A DNA stretch of 64,000 bases from Eledone cirrhosa. Lineage: Eukaryota. A program made the position numbers and the translations under genes. The stretch spans positions 237,708,001-237,772,000 of the forward strand of contig OZ024742.1 in assembly GCA_964016885.1 (NCBI GenBank), given 5' to 3'. Within the stretch, counting starts at the first letter, position 1. Each line of letters opens with the position of its first letter. Positions 24,757 to 40,316 of the stretch are shown piece after piece. Under the pieces are notes generated by a model, which saw nothing but the letters and a program-made list of their open reading frames with translations, did not search any database and was not told the DNA's origin.

Positions 24757-27700
24757 AAACGCCCGAGGCTACCCTGGAGGATATCAACATCAAGGCTTAT
24801 GAGATCGTATCTGGTCTTGGTATAGGTGCTAGGACGGCCCCATACCAACCAGGGGAGCCGAGGATTACCATTAAGGACCACAAACCAAACTTCGAGTCTA
24901 ACCTGCCAGTCAGACTGATAGCCCCCTCCCGGTCAGACATAGGGGTTATTAGCAAAAGCATTTTATATAGGATCCTGCCCATACTTAAGAGTAAAATAAG
25001 GTTACAACTCTGGTCCTGCACCAGCCAGGTGCTGGACTGGTTTACATTTTTACCTGAAAAACATAGGACTAGCTTCATACAACTAGACATCAACAACTAC
25101 TACTCCTCTATCTCGCCCATAGTCCTGAACAAGGCACTCATATTCGCGATGAATAGGACAGACCTAACACACGACGAGGTCCGAATCATACACGCCGCCA
25201 GAAAGACCCTGATCCGATTCGGTGGGGACATATGGACCCGGAGCGACTGGCCAAATAATTTTGACATTACAATGGGCTTCAGTGACTCCGCGCAGCTAAC
25301 AGACTTGGTTGGGATATACATACTCTACGAGATCAGGAGAGAAATACCCAACCTGAGTTGCGGGCTGTACCGAGACGACGCACTCTTCACCGTAGTAGAC
25401 CACAGCACCACAATGGTCGAAAATATGAAGAGGAGAATTAGGCACTTCTTTAGCAAGGTAGGACTTAAGGTAGAGATGGAACCCAATAGAAAAGTAGTGA
25501 ATTTCCTGGACACCACCCTCAACCTCAACACCAAGCTACACCACCCATATCATAAACCCAATGAGAAGCTGGTGTATATCAACGCTGGGTCTAATCACCC
25601 TAGATCTATAGTTAAGGCCGTAGTTAAGAGTGTCTCTGATAGGATCTCTAACTTGTCGGCCAATAAAGAGATCTTCAATAGTAATGCTGATTACTATAAC
25701 TCAGAGCTAGCTAAGGCGTCCCACAGCGATAGGATCAGCTGTAACTCTAAGGGACATGATCGAGATGACCCAAGGGTACTCCGTACCAATACCCTCAGGA
25801 GCATGAATCGCCCACCTAATACCTCGGTGACCAGTAGTAACACTCCCAGACCCCTAACGTCACCACCTCCGGTAGAAGGTCCCGCATACCCAACCGGTCT
25901 AATACCTACAACACTGAAGACCACTGTGCTGCCACCGGTCCCACCACCCGTCGAACCCTAATTGAGCAGGGAGGCGCACCTCGCAGGTTTATAGCCCCAC
26001 GGTGGGCCCATATAACCCTCATGATAGTGACCGCTCCGCACACTCGAGTGACACCAACCGAGCTCGACCTAAGCTGTGCACAACCACGCGATGGCCCACG
26101 ACGGACAGCCAACAACCCCGCAAGAATAGTACCAGGAAGGTCACATGGTATAACCCTCCGTACTCGGTGGGTCTACGTACGAGCCTGGCTAGAAGATTCT
26201 TTAGAATACTGGATAAATGTTTCCCTAGAGCCCACAAGTACCATACAATATTCAACAGGCACACGGTAAAACTTTCCTACTCAACCACATGTTCCGTAGC
26301 CCAGCACATAGATGGAATCAATAGGAACAGGCTCACTGCCTCTAATACCACCGTAAACCCCGGAGCCACCCAACAGAACCAGCACGCGGGAGGCAACGGA
26401 ACCCGGACAGGCCCAACTAGCACACCGGAACCCAACGACCCTGTGCTGATTGCGGAGGCTACGCAGCCAACCCCGAGTGATGGTAACCACGTGGTGGCGC
26501 TTAAGAAGTCATGTAATTGCAGAGACCCATCACTATGCCCCCTTAGTAATGAATGCATGACGAAAAACGTGGTCTACAGGTGCAAGGTCACAACCCCTAA
26601 CTTGGAGCACCACTGTATAGGATCCACAGCGACGAGCTTCAAAGATCGCCATTCCTTTAACAGAATAGATAAGAGGAAATGTACGGCCCTTTCTGAATTG
26701 ATCTGGAAGCTCAAACTTGAAAAGACCCCGCACTCTCTGGACCGTGGTTAGAAAGGTTCCCCAGACAGAGGCGGGTCGGGTATTTGCAACCTCTGTCTTA
26801 GTGAGACACTCGAGATTCTTCATGGCGGAACCAAGCTATTAAACAGAAGGGCCGACTTATTCGGTGCCTGCAGACACCTAAGGAGGGTAACTTTCCTCAA
26901 GCTATATGGATAAACCCCGGTTACGGCCTCCCACAACGCCCCCCCCCCCCCATGTAGGTCCCCTACACCCCGTACTAATGACCAATGGACAACAACAACC
27001 ACCCATAGTTTGTGGTCCCTATGGTGGATGGTCCACCGGATCCTCTACTGGTTAGGAGTCATCTAAACCACATTTTATTGAACCTGATTTTATATATATA
27101 TGTATATATGTATCATGTGTATATATATATATATTTTATATGTGTATATATGTGTATTTTATATATATGTATGTATATATATGTATATATATTTTATATA
27201 TATATATATATGTATGTGTATTTTATATATATATATGTATGCTTTATGTGTGTATAGATTTTATGTATGTGTGTATTTTATGTATATATTTTTTATATTT
27301 TTATATGTATATATTTTATATATATATATATGTTCTGTGTATATATATATATATATTATATATATATGTATACTTGTGCGTACACACATGCATGCATGTA
27401 TATATATACACATCTGTATGGATTAGTGTGTGTAGATGCGTGAGTGTCTGAGGAGGTAGGTGTGAGTGTATGTACAAGTCAACCAGCATAAACCTTTCAT
27501 TTCTAAATTTTCTAAACTATCTAAGTATTGGACTCTAACCATTATTTTAAGTATTACCACCCCACATTTTGTATGTGTGGATGTGTGTGTGTGTGTCTCT
27601 GGAGATGGGTGTGAGTGTAGTGCAAGCCAACCTACATAAGTCTTTTTATTTGTAAATTTTCTACTCCAACCATAAATTTCAGTAGCACCACTCCACATAA

Positions 27701-28118
27701 ATTCCTCAATTTAAGAATGACCTGTAGTATCTATTTCATACTATTAACCATAATTGAATATATATCTGACCAGGAATGCCTTTTGTGAAAATCAGTCATA
27801 TGGAACTATTGTCATCTTGCCTGACGGTTTGAACTTTACAAAACCACCTGCCTCTTTGAGGTCAACTACCAACCCTACTACCATCTACAAACTGACCAAT
27901 GAGAATCAAGACTATTCCTACTGACAACATTAAATTATTCCTAACAAGCTCATATGTCCCAAGGCTCTGATACCATCAACACTATAAACACAGAGCTGGC
28001 ATATCTAAGAACTGACTAACTGCCTGATGAGGTCATAGCCATTCAATGGCTATCATCGAAATATATATAGCAGTAAATAAAGGATTATGAGTTCATGCAA
28101 TTGACTTATGTTTCGTCA
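24757..28118 (+). mobile_element. Penelope-like element PLE2, 5'-truncated, frameshifted, inserted in (TA)n
   Basis: KDHKPNF..VRLIAPSRSDIG, FIQLDINNYYSSI, GLYRDDAL, NFLDTTLNL, SNHPRSI, WYNPPYS, CNCRDPSLCPL..C, VVYRC..HCIGST and CNLCLSE. The long 3' UTR ends in an HHR plus AATAAA. Confidence 0.92.
28019..28074 (+). ncRNA. Canonical type I hammerhead ribozyme at the PLE2 3' end
   Basis: actgc-CTGATGA-ggtc atagccatt c aatggctat catc-GAAA-tatata-TA-gcagt, immediately followed by AAATAAA. Confidence 0.85.
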
Positions 28119-28136
28119 CTATATATATATATATAT

Positions 28137-29879
28137 GAAAACAGGGAGAAAGAGACGATTATGAGGAAGAAAAATATATTTCTTTCCCTTTTGTTTCTCT
28201 CTGTCTTTTTTCTGGGTTAGAAAATGATTAAAACGAAATGTTTTACTTTGTGTGAAGTGTTAAGGTATTAGTTGATATATTTATTATTTAACAATGGCAT
28301 TTATTTATCTATTTATATATTTAGTTAGTGTCTATTACCGGTTTCAGCATTTATATGCATTATCAAATGATAGTGAAATGTATTAGTGTGGTGTCGCACA
28401 TGTTAAACAGAAGGTGCAGAAAGAATAATGTTATATACAAACAACGTTTAAGAGGTGAAAAGAAAAAAGAAAAAGGAAAAAAAAACATGCATAATGTGGA
28501 ACGTAAAAAGTCAATGTGGCAGAAAAAATAATGTTATTTACAAGCACAGTCATTGAAGTTAAGCAGATCAAAATGTATTAATATAGCAAGAGTGCTTCGT
28601 TGAACCATGGTTCCGTGATGGAAGCAAATGGTGGACTGAGGTTTGAGATGATTTCCCTTTTTAGAGAGTTAATATGCAGGGGGAAGCAATTCTTGCTGGG
28701 TGGTATTTAATTTATTTAAGAAAAAGGATTAGGTAGAGTGTGAGGGAGGTAACTCTTGTAAATGTTTGATGGTTTGTTGCAGTTTTAGATTGGTCCGATT
28801 CTTAGAGCATTGAGTAGTGGTTGAAATTTATTAATGAAATGTGTTTCCTTATTGGTACGTTGGATGAAAGTAGCGTTGTCTATGAATTTGTAAATGGGGA
28901 AAATTTTAAAGTTTGGATGCTGGTTGAGAGCACAATTGGCGATATGTTCACTAAATGCAATCTTTCTGTATTCCTGTATTTTAATTTGTGATTTATGGAC
29001 GGTTATACGTTGACGGGGGCTGTTTTTTTGTCTGTCCTATGTAGTGTTCTTAACAATCTGAGCAGGTCAAGACATAGATAAGGTTTTCAGATGCACATGT
29101 TGTCCTTGTTTAAAATGGAATGTTCAACCTTCTATTAGATTTATGCATATGCCACAGTTGGGCCTTCCGCATTTTGTTACTGTAGGGTTCATTGTGAGGG
29201 TTTGTTAGATTTTGGCTTGTGTGAGGATGTTTTTTATGGATTTGGGTTGTCTTTTGCTCTATATGATGTTGTGTGTTTGGAGGATAATGTTCATTCTTGG
29301 GTCTCTTTTTAGTAAAGGAATGTTCTGGAGGATGGTGTCGAATGCCTCATTGTTGAGGGGGTTGTGTGTGGAGATGTATGGTAGAATCTTTTGTTGCGGT
29401 TCATTCCTGGGTTTGGGGTGTCTGAGTTCTTGGATGTCTAGGTTTAGGGCACGTTGGAATCCATTGGTGATTAGGAATGGTGGGTAGTTTCTGCTGATAA
29501 GTGTGTTTTTTAATTCTTCTAGTCGTGTGTAGCATGTGTATTTATCTGAAACTATTGTGCAGATCCTTCTGGCTAGGTTATAAGGAATTGCCATTTTGGT
29601 GTGTCTGAGGTGGCACGAGTTGAATGGAAGGTATTGTTTGGAGTCTATGGGTTTGTAGTATATGTCTGTTTCTATTTTGTTGCTTGTTTTCTTGATGAGG
29701 ATGTCGAAGAAAAGGAGTTGTTCATGGCTGTAATCTATTGTGAATTGTAAGTTAGTGTTGAGTCCATTCAGAAGGATTTTGAACTCAAACAGTCTATCTA
29801 TACTTTCATGCCAGAGGAAGAAGCAGTCGTCCAGATATGTCTTCCATTTCTTTTCTATGTGTTGGTAGAAGTGGTTGCC

Positions 29880-29880
<1 letters not shown>
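28137..29880 (-). mobile_element. Penelope-like element PLE3 (Neptune-like), 5'-truncated, degenerate
   Basis: WKTYLDDCFFLW, IETDIYYKPIDSKQYLPFNSCHLRH, AIPYNLARRICTIVS, KCGRPNCGIC, ENLIYVLTCSDC..YIGQT and E.HFINKFQP.LN. Bounded by (TA)n. Confidence 0.88.
28332..28373 (-). ncRNA. Hammerhead ribozyme with U3-A8 core in the PLE3 3' UTR
   Basis: ctatcat-TTGATAA-t gcat ataa atgc t-GAAA-ccgg-TA-atag. Palindromic stem III, imperfect stem I, AATAAA downstream. Confidence 0.6.
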
Positions 29881-29916
<36 letters not shown>

Positions 29917-29996
29917 AAAAATAAGATTGACTTTCTAGGTAGTTATTAATCCGTAATGATTAAATGTTCTACAATATGTAGTCATGTTAATTCTAA

Positions 29997-30647
<651 letters not shown>

Positions 30648-30807
30648 ATATATATAGAGAGATATATATATATATAAAGATAAACAGAAATAACAACACA
30701 ATCGGTACATTATATGGAAGGGATGTATTAGGTTAACGCTTGATATAGCAGGATATATATATATGTATATATATATGTATGTATATATATATGTGTGTGT
30801 GTGTATG

Positions 30808-30918
<111 letters not shown>

Positions 30919-30934
30919 ATGTATATATATTTTT

Positions 30935-31150
30935 TTCCAATCGATCGACTTTCGTCAAATCGGACCGAGGAAACAATGTTTCCATTGGTCTTTCCAATTG
31001 CTAATACTATCTATCGGTCGCAACTCCAGGTAGAAGAAGCAACGTGAAATAAAGTGTCTTGCTCAAGGACACAACGTATCGCCTGGTCCAGGAATCGAAC
31101 TCACAACCTTACGATTGCGAATCCAATTCTCTAACCACTCAGCCACACGC
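30935..31150 (-). mobile_element. SINE family 2, well-preserved copy
   Basis: ggcgtgtggctgagtggttagag (A box), gagttcgattcc (B box) and tgtgtccttgagcaagacactt (CORE-like). Confidence 0.85.
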
Positions 31151-31166
31151 CATATATATATGTGTG

Positions 31167-31242
<76 letters not shown>

Positions 31243-31311
31243 TAAACACACAAACATTCATACATACACACATACTATTTCACTATACACTAACACACGC
31301 ACACACACAGG

Positions 31312-31437
<126 letters not shown>

Positions 31438-32159
31438 TTATTCAGCTCAATGATAATGCCTGCTCTTTCTGCTGGTTTATTGCTTTTGTAACTGGATCGC
31501 ACAAATAAAACTTCCACAGTGTAATGTTATAACGGCTTACTGGATTAGTCTTAAATATAAAATAAGCAATTGGAAAACGATTTAGTCGTTATTGAACTGA
31601 CAAATGTTTGTTAAAAAGAATAATGGCGTATGTGGACTAGTATACAATATATGTGTGTTTGTATGTATGGACCCGTAATACTTAGTGGTGTCGGAGGGTT
31701 CTGTAGTGATATCCGGCGTTTCTTTTCTAGTATTGTGAGTTCCCTTGATGTGTCAATTCCTCGATACTGTTCCAACCCTAGATTACTTCCATTTAAACCT
31801 ATAGTCATCGTTGGTGCCGTGAAAAGCGACGAAGGCGTTCTTCATTGATGGCATTGGGCGTAATGGCCTAAACCAAACAACAGAACATCAGACATTGTGT
31901 ACATCTCAGGGCTTAAGCCTATTTAAAAAAATCAATATCAATCCATACGGAAAAAATCGATATAAATTCGATATGAAAATGCTACTAAAGTTTATTCTAA
32001 TACACACTGATCAATGTGCATAAGCTATCAGGTTTATAGTCTCACGAGACACAATGGTTTCATGGATATATAAAGATGTGTTAGGTACCTTAACATACTA
32101 TATATTTACTCATGAAACAATACCAAACACATTAATCAATATATACATTTATACACCAT

Positions 32160-32260
<101 letters not shown>

Positions 32261-33479
32261 CATATATGAGTACACACCCACCTATTCTTTACGATGATAA
32301 TTGAATTACATGTTCGTTATGGGGGCTTTTAAAAGTCATTATTCTATACAATGAAATCAGTCGTCTGATAACAGATTTCATTGTAAGAATAATGATCACT
32401 GCCTGTAGTTCAAATCTCACCAGTAGCAACATTACACTTTCTCTTTCTAAAAGAATAAATAGAAAACAAACTGCGCGCATCATCGAAACCGATGGAGGCA
32501 CGTCGTTTTTTTTTTCGCGCGCACACACTAGGGTTGCATATATTTATTTAAAATTCATATATACACTGTATATAAATTATATTATTCCATTACGTATTGT
32601 TTGTAATTGGGTGTTACAAGCTCAATACAATACGTTAATTAGCGCCGAATTCAATAGAAACATTAACAATTACAATTACATCAGAATTGGGACTCAGTGT
32701 TACTGATGTGTATATTATTCACAGATTGTGTATATTATTCTATAACTGAGTATGTCAATCGTAGGGATAGTCTAGCACTAGAAACAGGCGGGTCCGGCAC
32801 CTGAATATTTAGTGTATACAATTTACACCCTCGCTTCTCCTAAATAAAATAATTTCAACTTATAGTTTGGCAAGCTGATGAAACTAGGTTTTGACATTTC
32901 TTGTTCTGACCATAGTAAGAAAATTATTATTTTACAGTTCACATTTACCCACGCCAAATTATGTGGTAGATTATAACCCGATACGGCTCTCTTCACCACA
33001 GATTGTCTCATACTGTTGCTATGTGGCAAAGATGTTGCTATTAACTTTCACTAGAAAAATATTGGTAGTTGAGTCAGCTCTCGTAGATGTAATGTTTTAC
33101 TAATGTTAGATGTTTACAAGTAATCAATCGTATGATATGATTTTGAAATTACTCAACTTGTAAATTGATTTTTTGTAGACCAGATGACATAATTTAAACC
33201 TTACTCAGGTAGAGACAATATAAATGATCAGATACAAAAGAGGCCAAAGCGCTAACCTTTTACGCCAGTTTGACATCTCTTCTGGTCTCACGAACCATCA
33301 CGTCTTTCTTGTAATAGAATAAGTCGTAAAAACATTTATTTTTTACACTGGATGTCTGGTAATCACACTGAAACTTCCTGAGAAACAAGTTAGTGTACAC
33401 GTGTCTGCGAGCTGCTCGGCCAATTGCACATTAATGGGCTGAGTAAACTGTTCCGAGGTTCAAACAGCTGTATTTATGG

Positions 33480-33835
33480 CGCCATGGGTGAATTGGCAGT
33501 ATCGGCAGAACGTCAGACACCATGCTTTGCAGTATAGAGTTATGGCCCTTTACGTTATGAGTTCAAATCCCGCCAAGGATATCTTTGCCTTTCATCTTTC
33601 CGGGGTCGATAAGATAAAGTACCAGTAACGTACTGGGGTCGATCTAATCGAGTTTCCTTGCCCCACAAATTATTGGCCTTGTGCCTATACTAGAAATCAT
33701 TACGTCCCTTTACGATCTGAGTTCAAATCCGGCCGAGGTTGACTATGCCTTTCATCCTTACGAGGTCGATAAAATAAAGTACCAGTAATGCAGTGGGTAA
33801 TTGCTGGCCTTGTACCTAAAGTAGAAACAATTATT
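33480..33835 (+). mobile_element. Two adjacent SINE family 1 copies
   Basis: gagttcaaatcc..gcctttcatc..gtcgataa..aagtaccagtaa occurs twice. Confidence 0.85.
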
Positions 33836-34579
33836 AAGTAATTAATTAATGCATAAATAATACACAGTTCTCTCAAAATATCTTCGGAAAAAGACGTGTG
33901 TGGTTCCCTGAAATACACGCCCGGCAGAACCAACAACACAGGGCTACATAAAATGTATGAGTTGGTGGATGAACTCGGAAATTATATATTGCTCCGAAAA
34001 GCTCTCGGGGAATAAATGTATATTTTTAACTTCAATAAAAAAAAAAAGATTCATACGACAAAATAAAGTACTTCTATGCAGCAGACGTGGGTGGCTTTGA
34101 TGAAGACATCTTAGAAATGCTAACGGGGGCTTTCAGCGATATTCCTCGAATTAATATTGCATGGGGGCGAGTAGATATGACTTAATTAAATTCCAACGTG
34201 TTTGTGGATGGATTTTTAAAAATCTAAATGATTTTTTAAAATGTTTTATATCATATTTTGTGTTAATTATTGATTGGGAATTTCATACTTATTTCATGTT
34301 TTATCAAATTAATCTGTCTATTGTACGTATAACATCCTTGCTCGTAGCCTCGTCTGTCCAGCCCCACATATATTGTAACTGTTATGTTTATAATGTTTAC
34401 TGTAATCTATGTGCAGGCTCTTGTCGTCAATAGATACATGTGGTCCCGTGCCCTCAACAATGACAGAAATAGCGTTGAATGAATTAAATCTTTTGAGTCA
34501 GGGCTGGTATGTCATACAAACCGAGGTTACTGGATATGTGAACAATCATATAAACTGCGAAATTTGCGTAACAGACACC

Positions 34580-34648
<69 letters not shown>

Positions 34649-35968
34649 CATACATAATATACATGCGCATGGCATATTTAGTAAGTAATATATTAACGGC
34701 ATGTGCATCCTCTTTCAAAATCTATTGAATAGGGCTATTGTACGGCTATCAATATTAGAACTGGCCTATCATTATAATGCCTGACAAAAATGCCTTGCGT
34801 TATTTACTTCCGGTTCTTTACATTCTGAGGTCAAATCCTGCAGTAATCAACTTCGCCTTTAACCCTGTCTTCAGACCTGGGGAAGGAAGCACTTTGCCAG
34901 GTTGAATTGACCAAGAATTAAGGGTGTATGATGTGGCATTGTATTTATTCAGAAAGAGAAGAGCAGTGTCAAACCGAAACTGATGGGAGGAAGGTATATC
35001 ATCAACCCCGAAATGTGGTCCAGAAATCGAATCCAAGTCATTGCAATTGGGAAACCAACTCCCTTAACCACTAAGCTACGTACCTTTACATGATTAACTG
35101 CGAAAAGGATTTTTTGCAGCAGTTCCGGGAAGCTGCTTATATTGCTTGTTGTCCATGGTGATTTATATATATTGATCTGTCATTTCGAGAAAGAAACCAG
35201 ATGGAACAGATGTAAATAGCCTGAAACTGCCTTCCCCAATCACTACAAAAATGACGTCAAACAGAAAAATATATACATAACATCATCCTCCTATTTTTAA
35301 ACTAACTCCTACACTGAATTCTAACGTTATCTTAACATGAAAAGCATCAAATTAAATAACTAATACTTTTCAAATACACTAACCTCCTATGATATATACT
35401 AATTAACTTTTTGTTTATTTTGATTCTAATTAACTGCTATATTCCTTATTGGAAGAAGATGACTGCAATATTTGCTTAAGAGATTTGTTTGTGATTTCTA
35501 TTTTGATGTCAAACCGCATGAAACCGCTTCTGGTGCTATAATACAAAACTACTTTAAAGCGTTTATACAAAATACTTTTAACAATTTTCATGCCAACCCA
35601 CCCAAAACCACTTTTGGTTCAATGAAATTGAGCCATCTAGTTTAGAGATCTTATTTAAATCAAAATCTTGAAACGTGATTTTGTTAAATTTTATTACAAA
35701 TACCATCTTAACATGGCACAAGGCCAAAAGAGTTTTGAGAGGGGACTGTTGAACCGACTCCAACCATACCCAATTCTTCATAAATTAATCCCAAAACTGT
35801 GAATTTCATTAAATATATGGGTTAAATGTTATTTGAATAAGACGAAATTGCTGACAGCAATATTTGTTAAAGAATAAATTGTTTCTATTCATCCCAGTTG
35901 ATAACAATTTACCTTAAAATGTGGGTTGTTGGTGTATATGAGTGTTTGTGTGAGTGCGCACTCGTGTG

Positions 35969-36065
<97 letters not shown>

Positions 36066-36077
36066 ATATATATATAT

Positions 36078-36281
36078 ATAGGAACCAGTAAGACCCCGAC
36101 GGCTGAGCTCAAGCCGTTTCGACGGCTAATTCTGGACTAAATTTAGTCCAGAATTAGCCGTCGAAACGGCTTGAGCTCAGCCGTCGGGGTCTTACTGGTT
36201 CCTATTACCCATTCTACTACCCTAAGTATTGAGTACTTTGGTGCGTTATGGTCCACCTAGTTCCTTACCACATTTCCTTCG

Positions 36282-36282
<1 letters not shown>
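36078..36282. mobile_element. Family E: 128-bp perfect palindrome carrying HHR 3' halves, plus 3' tail, in (TA)n
   Basis: 36078-36205 is a loop-less palindrome centred at 36141/36142. GAAA-cggct tgagctc agccg-TC-ggggt is HHR stem III with a GUC site. Relatives at 40738-40882 and 54391-54580, divergent ones near 5605 and 13625-13785. Confidence 0.85.
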
Positions 36283-36360
<78 letters not shown>

Positions 36361-39300
36361 TAATAATTGTTTCTACTTTTGGCACAAGGCCAGCAATTAC
36401 CCAGTGCATTACTGGTACTTTATTTTATCGACCCGTAAGGATGAAAGTTAACCTCGGCGGGATTTGAACTCAGACCGTAAAGGATCATAACTCTATGCTG
36501 CAAAGCATAATGTCTGTCCGACTCTCTATCGATACTGCCAATCAATAATAATAATGATAGAGTGCACAGCATCCACTGTCTACATTTATTATGCAGCAAT
36601 GCACAATCGGCGCATGTGGCTTCCTCAGCGGGTTTCACCTAATCAATAACCAATAGATTGATAGAATTCGATTCCAGTCCATGCCGCTATGAGTGAGTGT
36701 GACGGCCAATACAGTAAAACATTAGCAACTGAATTCCCTACGCGTCATCACACTGCCGTCAGTCGATTGGCCACTGGTTCAGAAATTTATGTGACGGCAG
36801 GAGACGAAATTCAAATAGTCCCGCTCCTGCCATAAGCTCTCAGCCAACGCGTCTCAAACACAAATTAACAAGCGAGTGAAAAACGATTATTAAAAAATCA
36901 GTTTCTTATGGCTGTACAATAAATATAATCAATTTATTGATATGTAGTAAAATACTTGATAAACGACGTTACAATATTTAAATAAGGAACAGTATATAAA
37001 CTAACAACGGTTAATAACACTCTAAAAAATTACCCGTGAAAATATTTGAAATGCTTCAAACCTATATTACAATGTTTTCTTTTAAACATGATTAGAAAAT
37101 AATAGGTAAATGTGTAAATATGCTTTGAAGAATATATATCTCTTTGAAAAAAATATTTTTACTGCTTTAATACAATCTTACTTTACAATTGCGTGAGATC
37201 TTGAACTAACGAAATACGAAATATCTTCTAATCATTTTCAAATCTTTCTACGTTAAAAGGTTTAAAAAATGATAAGCATTGTCATATATCTTTTAAAAAC
37301 AGCCCTTTTAACAACTCCTGCTGTAACCTATCAACAGTTTTAACGTATTTGTGGAAAAACACTGATTATTCTATATAGTTTATGTGGTTACTGATAAATG
37401 ATAGTAATTGCAGAAAAGAACAATACTTTGATTTGTTCCTTGTATATAATTACATATTCACCATGTATGAATAAATGACATACGAAATTAAATGTATGAA
37501 TAACTTTAGACAAATAACCATTTAGAGGGACGAATATATGGTTAGAGCGCAGGAGCGTGTGACCGGCAGGCGAACTTATTGTAGCAACATGACTGAGATA
37601 GGAAATGCATTCTGTGTGTGTGTGCGTGCGTGTGTGTGTGTGCGCGCGCGCGTATTAAGATGTTCACCTCGCAATCATAAGGATTAGGGTTAGATCGCCT
37701 TGCTTTGCATCTTAGGCAAGTGTCATATACCATAGCCTCGTGAGTAATATTGGGTAGACGGAAACTTTTTGGAAGCACGTCGGATAGACACTACACGTAA
37801 TTCAAAGAGCCAGATATGTCGCTCACTCTGTCTCAATGGATCTTCCTAAGAATTACTTTAAGGGTGCCCGTATATGTGGAATTTTCAGCCACTGACACTA
37901 TAATATAATAGACTGACTGCTATGGACTGCCTATAATATATAATGGACTGCCAGCTATGTCACACATTGTCACGCTGAATCTTCCTAAGAATGATATTAA
38001 AAAATACACATGCCTGTTGAATATTCAGCCACTTGCACATTAATTTCACGAGTAGGTTAGTTGATCTCTTAATCGAATAGCTAGAACACAGCTCGACGGA
38101 ACCGACGGAGGTCCATCAACAATATTTCATGAGCTGGCTGTTCCCTTGAACGAACAACTGGAACCTTCATCGTTGAAACCGACGGATAACAACTCCGTTT
38201 CTATAGACAAAACACTTAGTGATATTAACAGAACGTAGAATTTTTTGAAAAAGGAAAGGAGCCTCTCATTAAATTGGACCAAGGAAATAATGTTTCCATT
38301 GTCTTTCGAATGCCGATATCTTACGGAAGTAACAACGCGAAATAAAGTATTTTGCTCAAGAATGCAACGAGCCAGACGCTCCAGGAATCGAACCCTGTAC
38401 ATTATGTTTGTGTGTACAACACTCTAACCACTAACAAAAAATAAAAATAAAATAAATCAGTAAATGGCTTTGCATTGCGATATTTTGTACTATTTTTTTT
38501 TCTTTCTAGCGAATACAACACTAAATAAATGAATTGTATAATCACATTATGTTAACTGTTCTTGCTCATGATTTATCATCTACAGATATAATCAGACCAA
38601 ACATTTTACAGACCAAGCATTCAGTGTAAAAAAACTTAAAAAAATATAAAGCAGTTTTCTTTTATTTTGCACTAATAACCTTTTCTACACAGTAGTAACA
38701 AAAATGTTACTACAGTGTAGATTAAAGGTTCTCAACGGGGGGCGTTTCGTGGCTCGATGAGGCGTTATGCATTAAGGGGGCGTTAGGGGGGTGTTATGCA
38801 GTCAGGAGGCGTTTGAAACTTTCAGGATGCAAGAAGCCCCTTTAGTTTGGTAAGTTTTATAAGTCATATTTATACGTCTCTTAGACAGTCAGTGATTTGA
38901 ATGAAGAAAACAAAGAAAAGAAAATAAAGAAGCTTGTCAACGAATTCCCTAGGGTGATAAAAGAAAATCAAAAGAAATCAAAGAGAATGAAAGTAAGGAC
39001 TAATTCAACAGAAATGACAAGAAGAAGCAATGGTGGTGAACATACATACATACATACACACACACATATATACACATACGTACACACACACATATATATA
39101 CACACACAGGCCGGCGTTACTGTTTGATGAAGTAGAGAACCTGGTCAACTTTCAGCCAGAAGTGTGGTATTTAAACTCCCTAGGTAATAAAATCTGGCGA
39201 CAAAAATGTTCTCCTTACCAAAAAAAGAAGACATAGATCATATCAACATTCTTACACACTTAATAAATGTATGTATATATACAAATCTATAAATGCATAG

Positions 39301-39440
39301 CTATATACATACGTAAATGTATGTATATGTGTATGTATGTAGATATATATATATATAAATCTACATACACATATATATATAAATATACATATATATATAT
39401 ATATATATATCTACATACATACATACATATATTTATATAT

Positions 39441-39472
<32 letters not shown>

Positions 39473-39513
39473 TTATATAAATATATTTATATAAATATAT
39501 ATATATATATATT

Positions 39514-39670
<157 letters not shown>

Positions 39671-39777
39671 TAAATCTACCAAAAGTTTACGGTAGTGTCC
39701 AATCCGTATGAAGAACTCAATGTAATCCGGATATCATGAAAAGAGAAGATGCATTCAAAAACTACTTTCGGTGAAAA

Positions 39778-39841
<64 letters not shown>

Positions 39842-40057
39842 GTTAAAAATGTACATCTACATATGCATACTGAAATACTAGTGTGTATATGAATACACAC
39901 ACGTATACATATGTAGGTGTACCAAGTCTTTCACTGGTTGCTTTACAGTGAGCAGCCCAGCTATTCTGTATGTAAACACACAGACAAACCGGTTTTTAGA
40001 GTCATACTGGTTTTTGGGGGAACACCTTCCCTCTATTCTACAGAAAGCCAGACAAGG

Positions 40058-40102
40058 AATATTGAACTAGTTTCGTTGTTGTTACAACTCATCAGCAATA
40101 TT
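40058..40102 (-). ncRNA. Canonical type I hammerhead ribozyme (mirror copy)
   Basis: Reverse complement of 40317-40361. Confidence 0.88.
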
Positions 40103-40316
40103 TACCTATCTACCGGCCCTTCTGGAGAATTGTAAAAGCACATATCGTTATATGCTTTTTCTATGAAAATTTTTCGTTATTTGTTTTTATCGTCTCCGCT
40201 GAACCGGTGCGTACTCACACTCTATGCAAATTAGTCTGCCCACTACTAATTTTCATAGAAAAAGCATATAACGATATGTGCTTTTACAATTCTCCAGAAG
40301 GGCCGGTAGATAGGTA

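Noticed and set aside
31060-31150. tRNA gene-like A/B boxes (many sites)
   Set aside because: These are SINE heads that run directly into SINE bodies; no complete cloverleaf was found.
34433-34505. Possible host exon (caatag|..DTCGPVPSTMTEIALNELNLLSQG|gtatgt)
   Set aside because: Splice-like signals only, with no recognisable homology or partner exons; needs RNA-seq.
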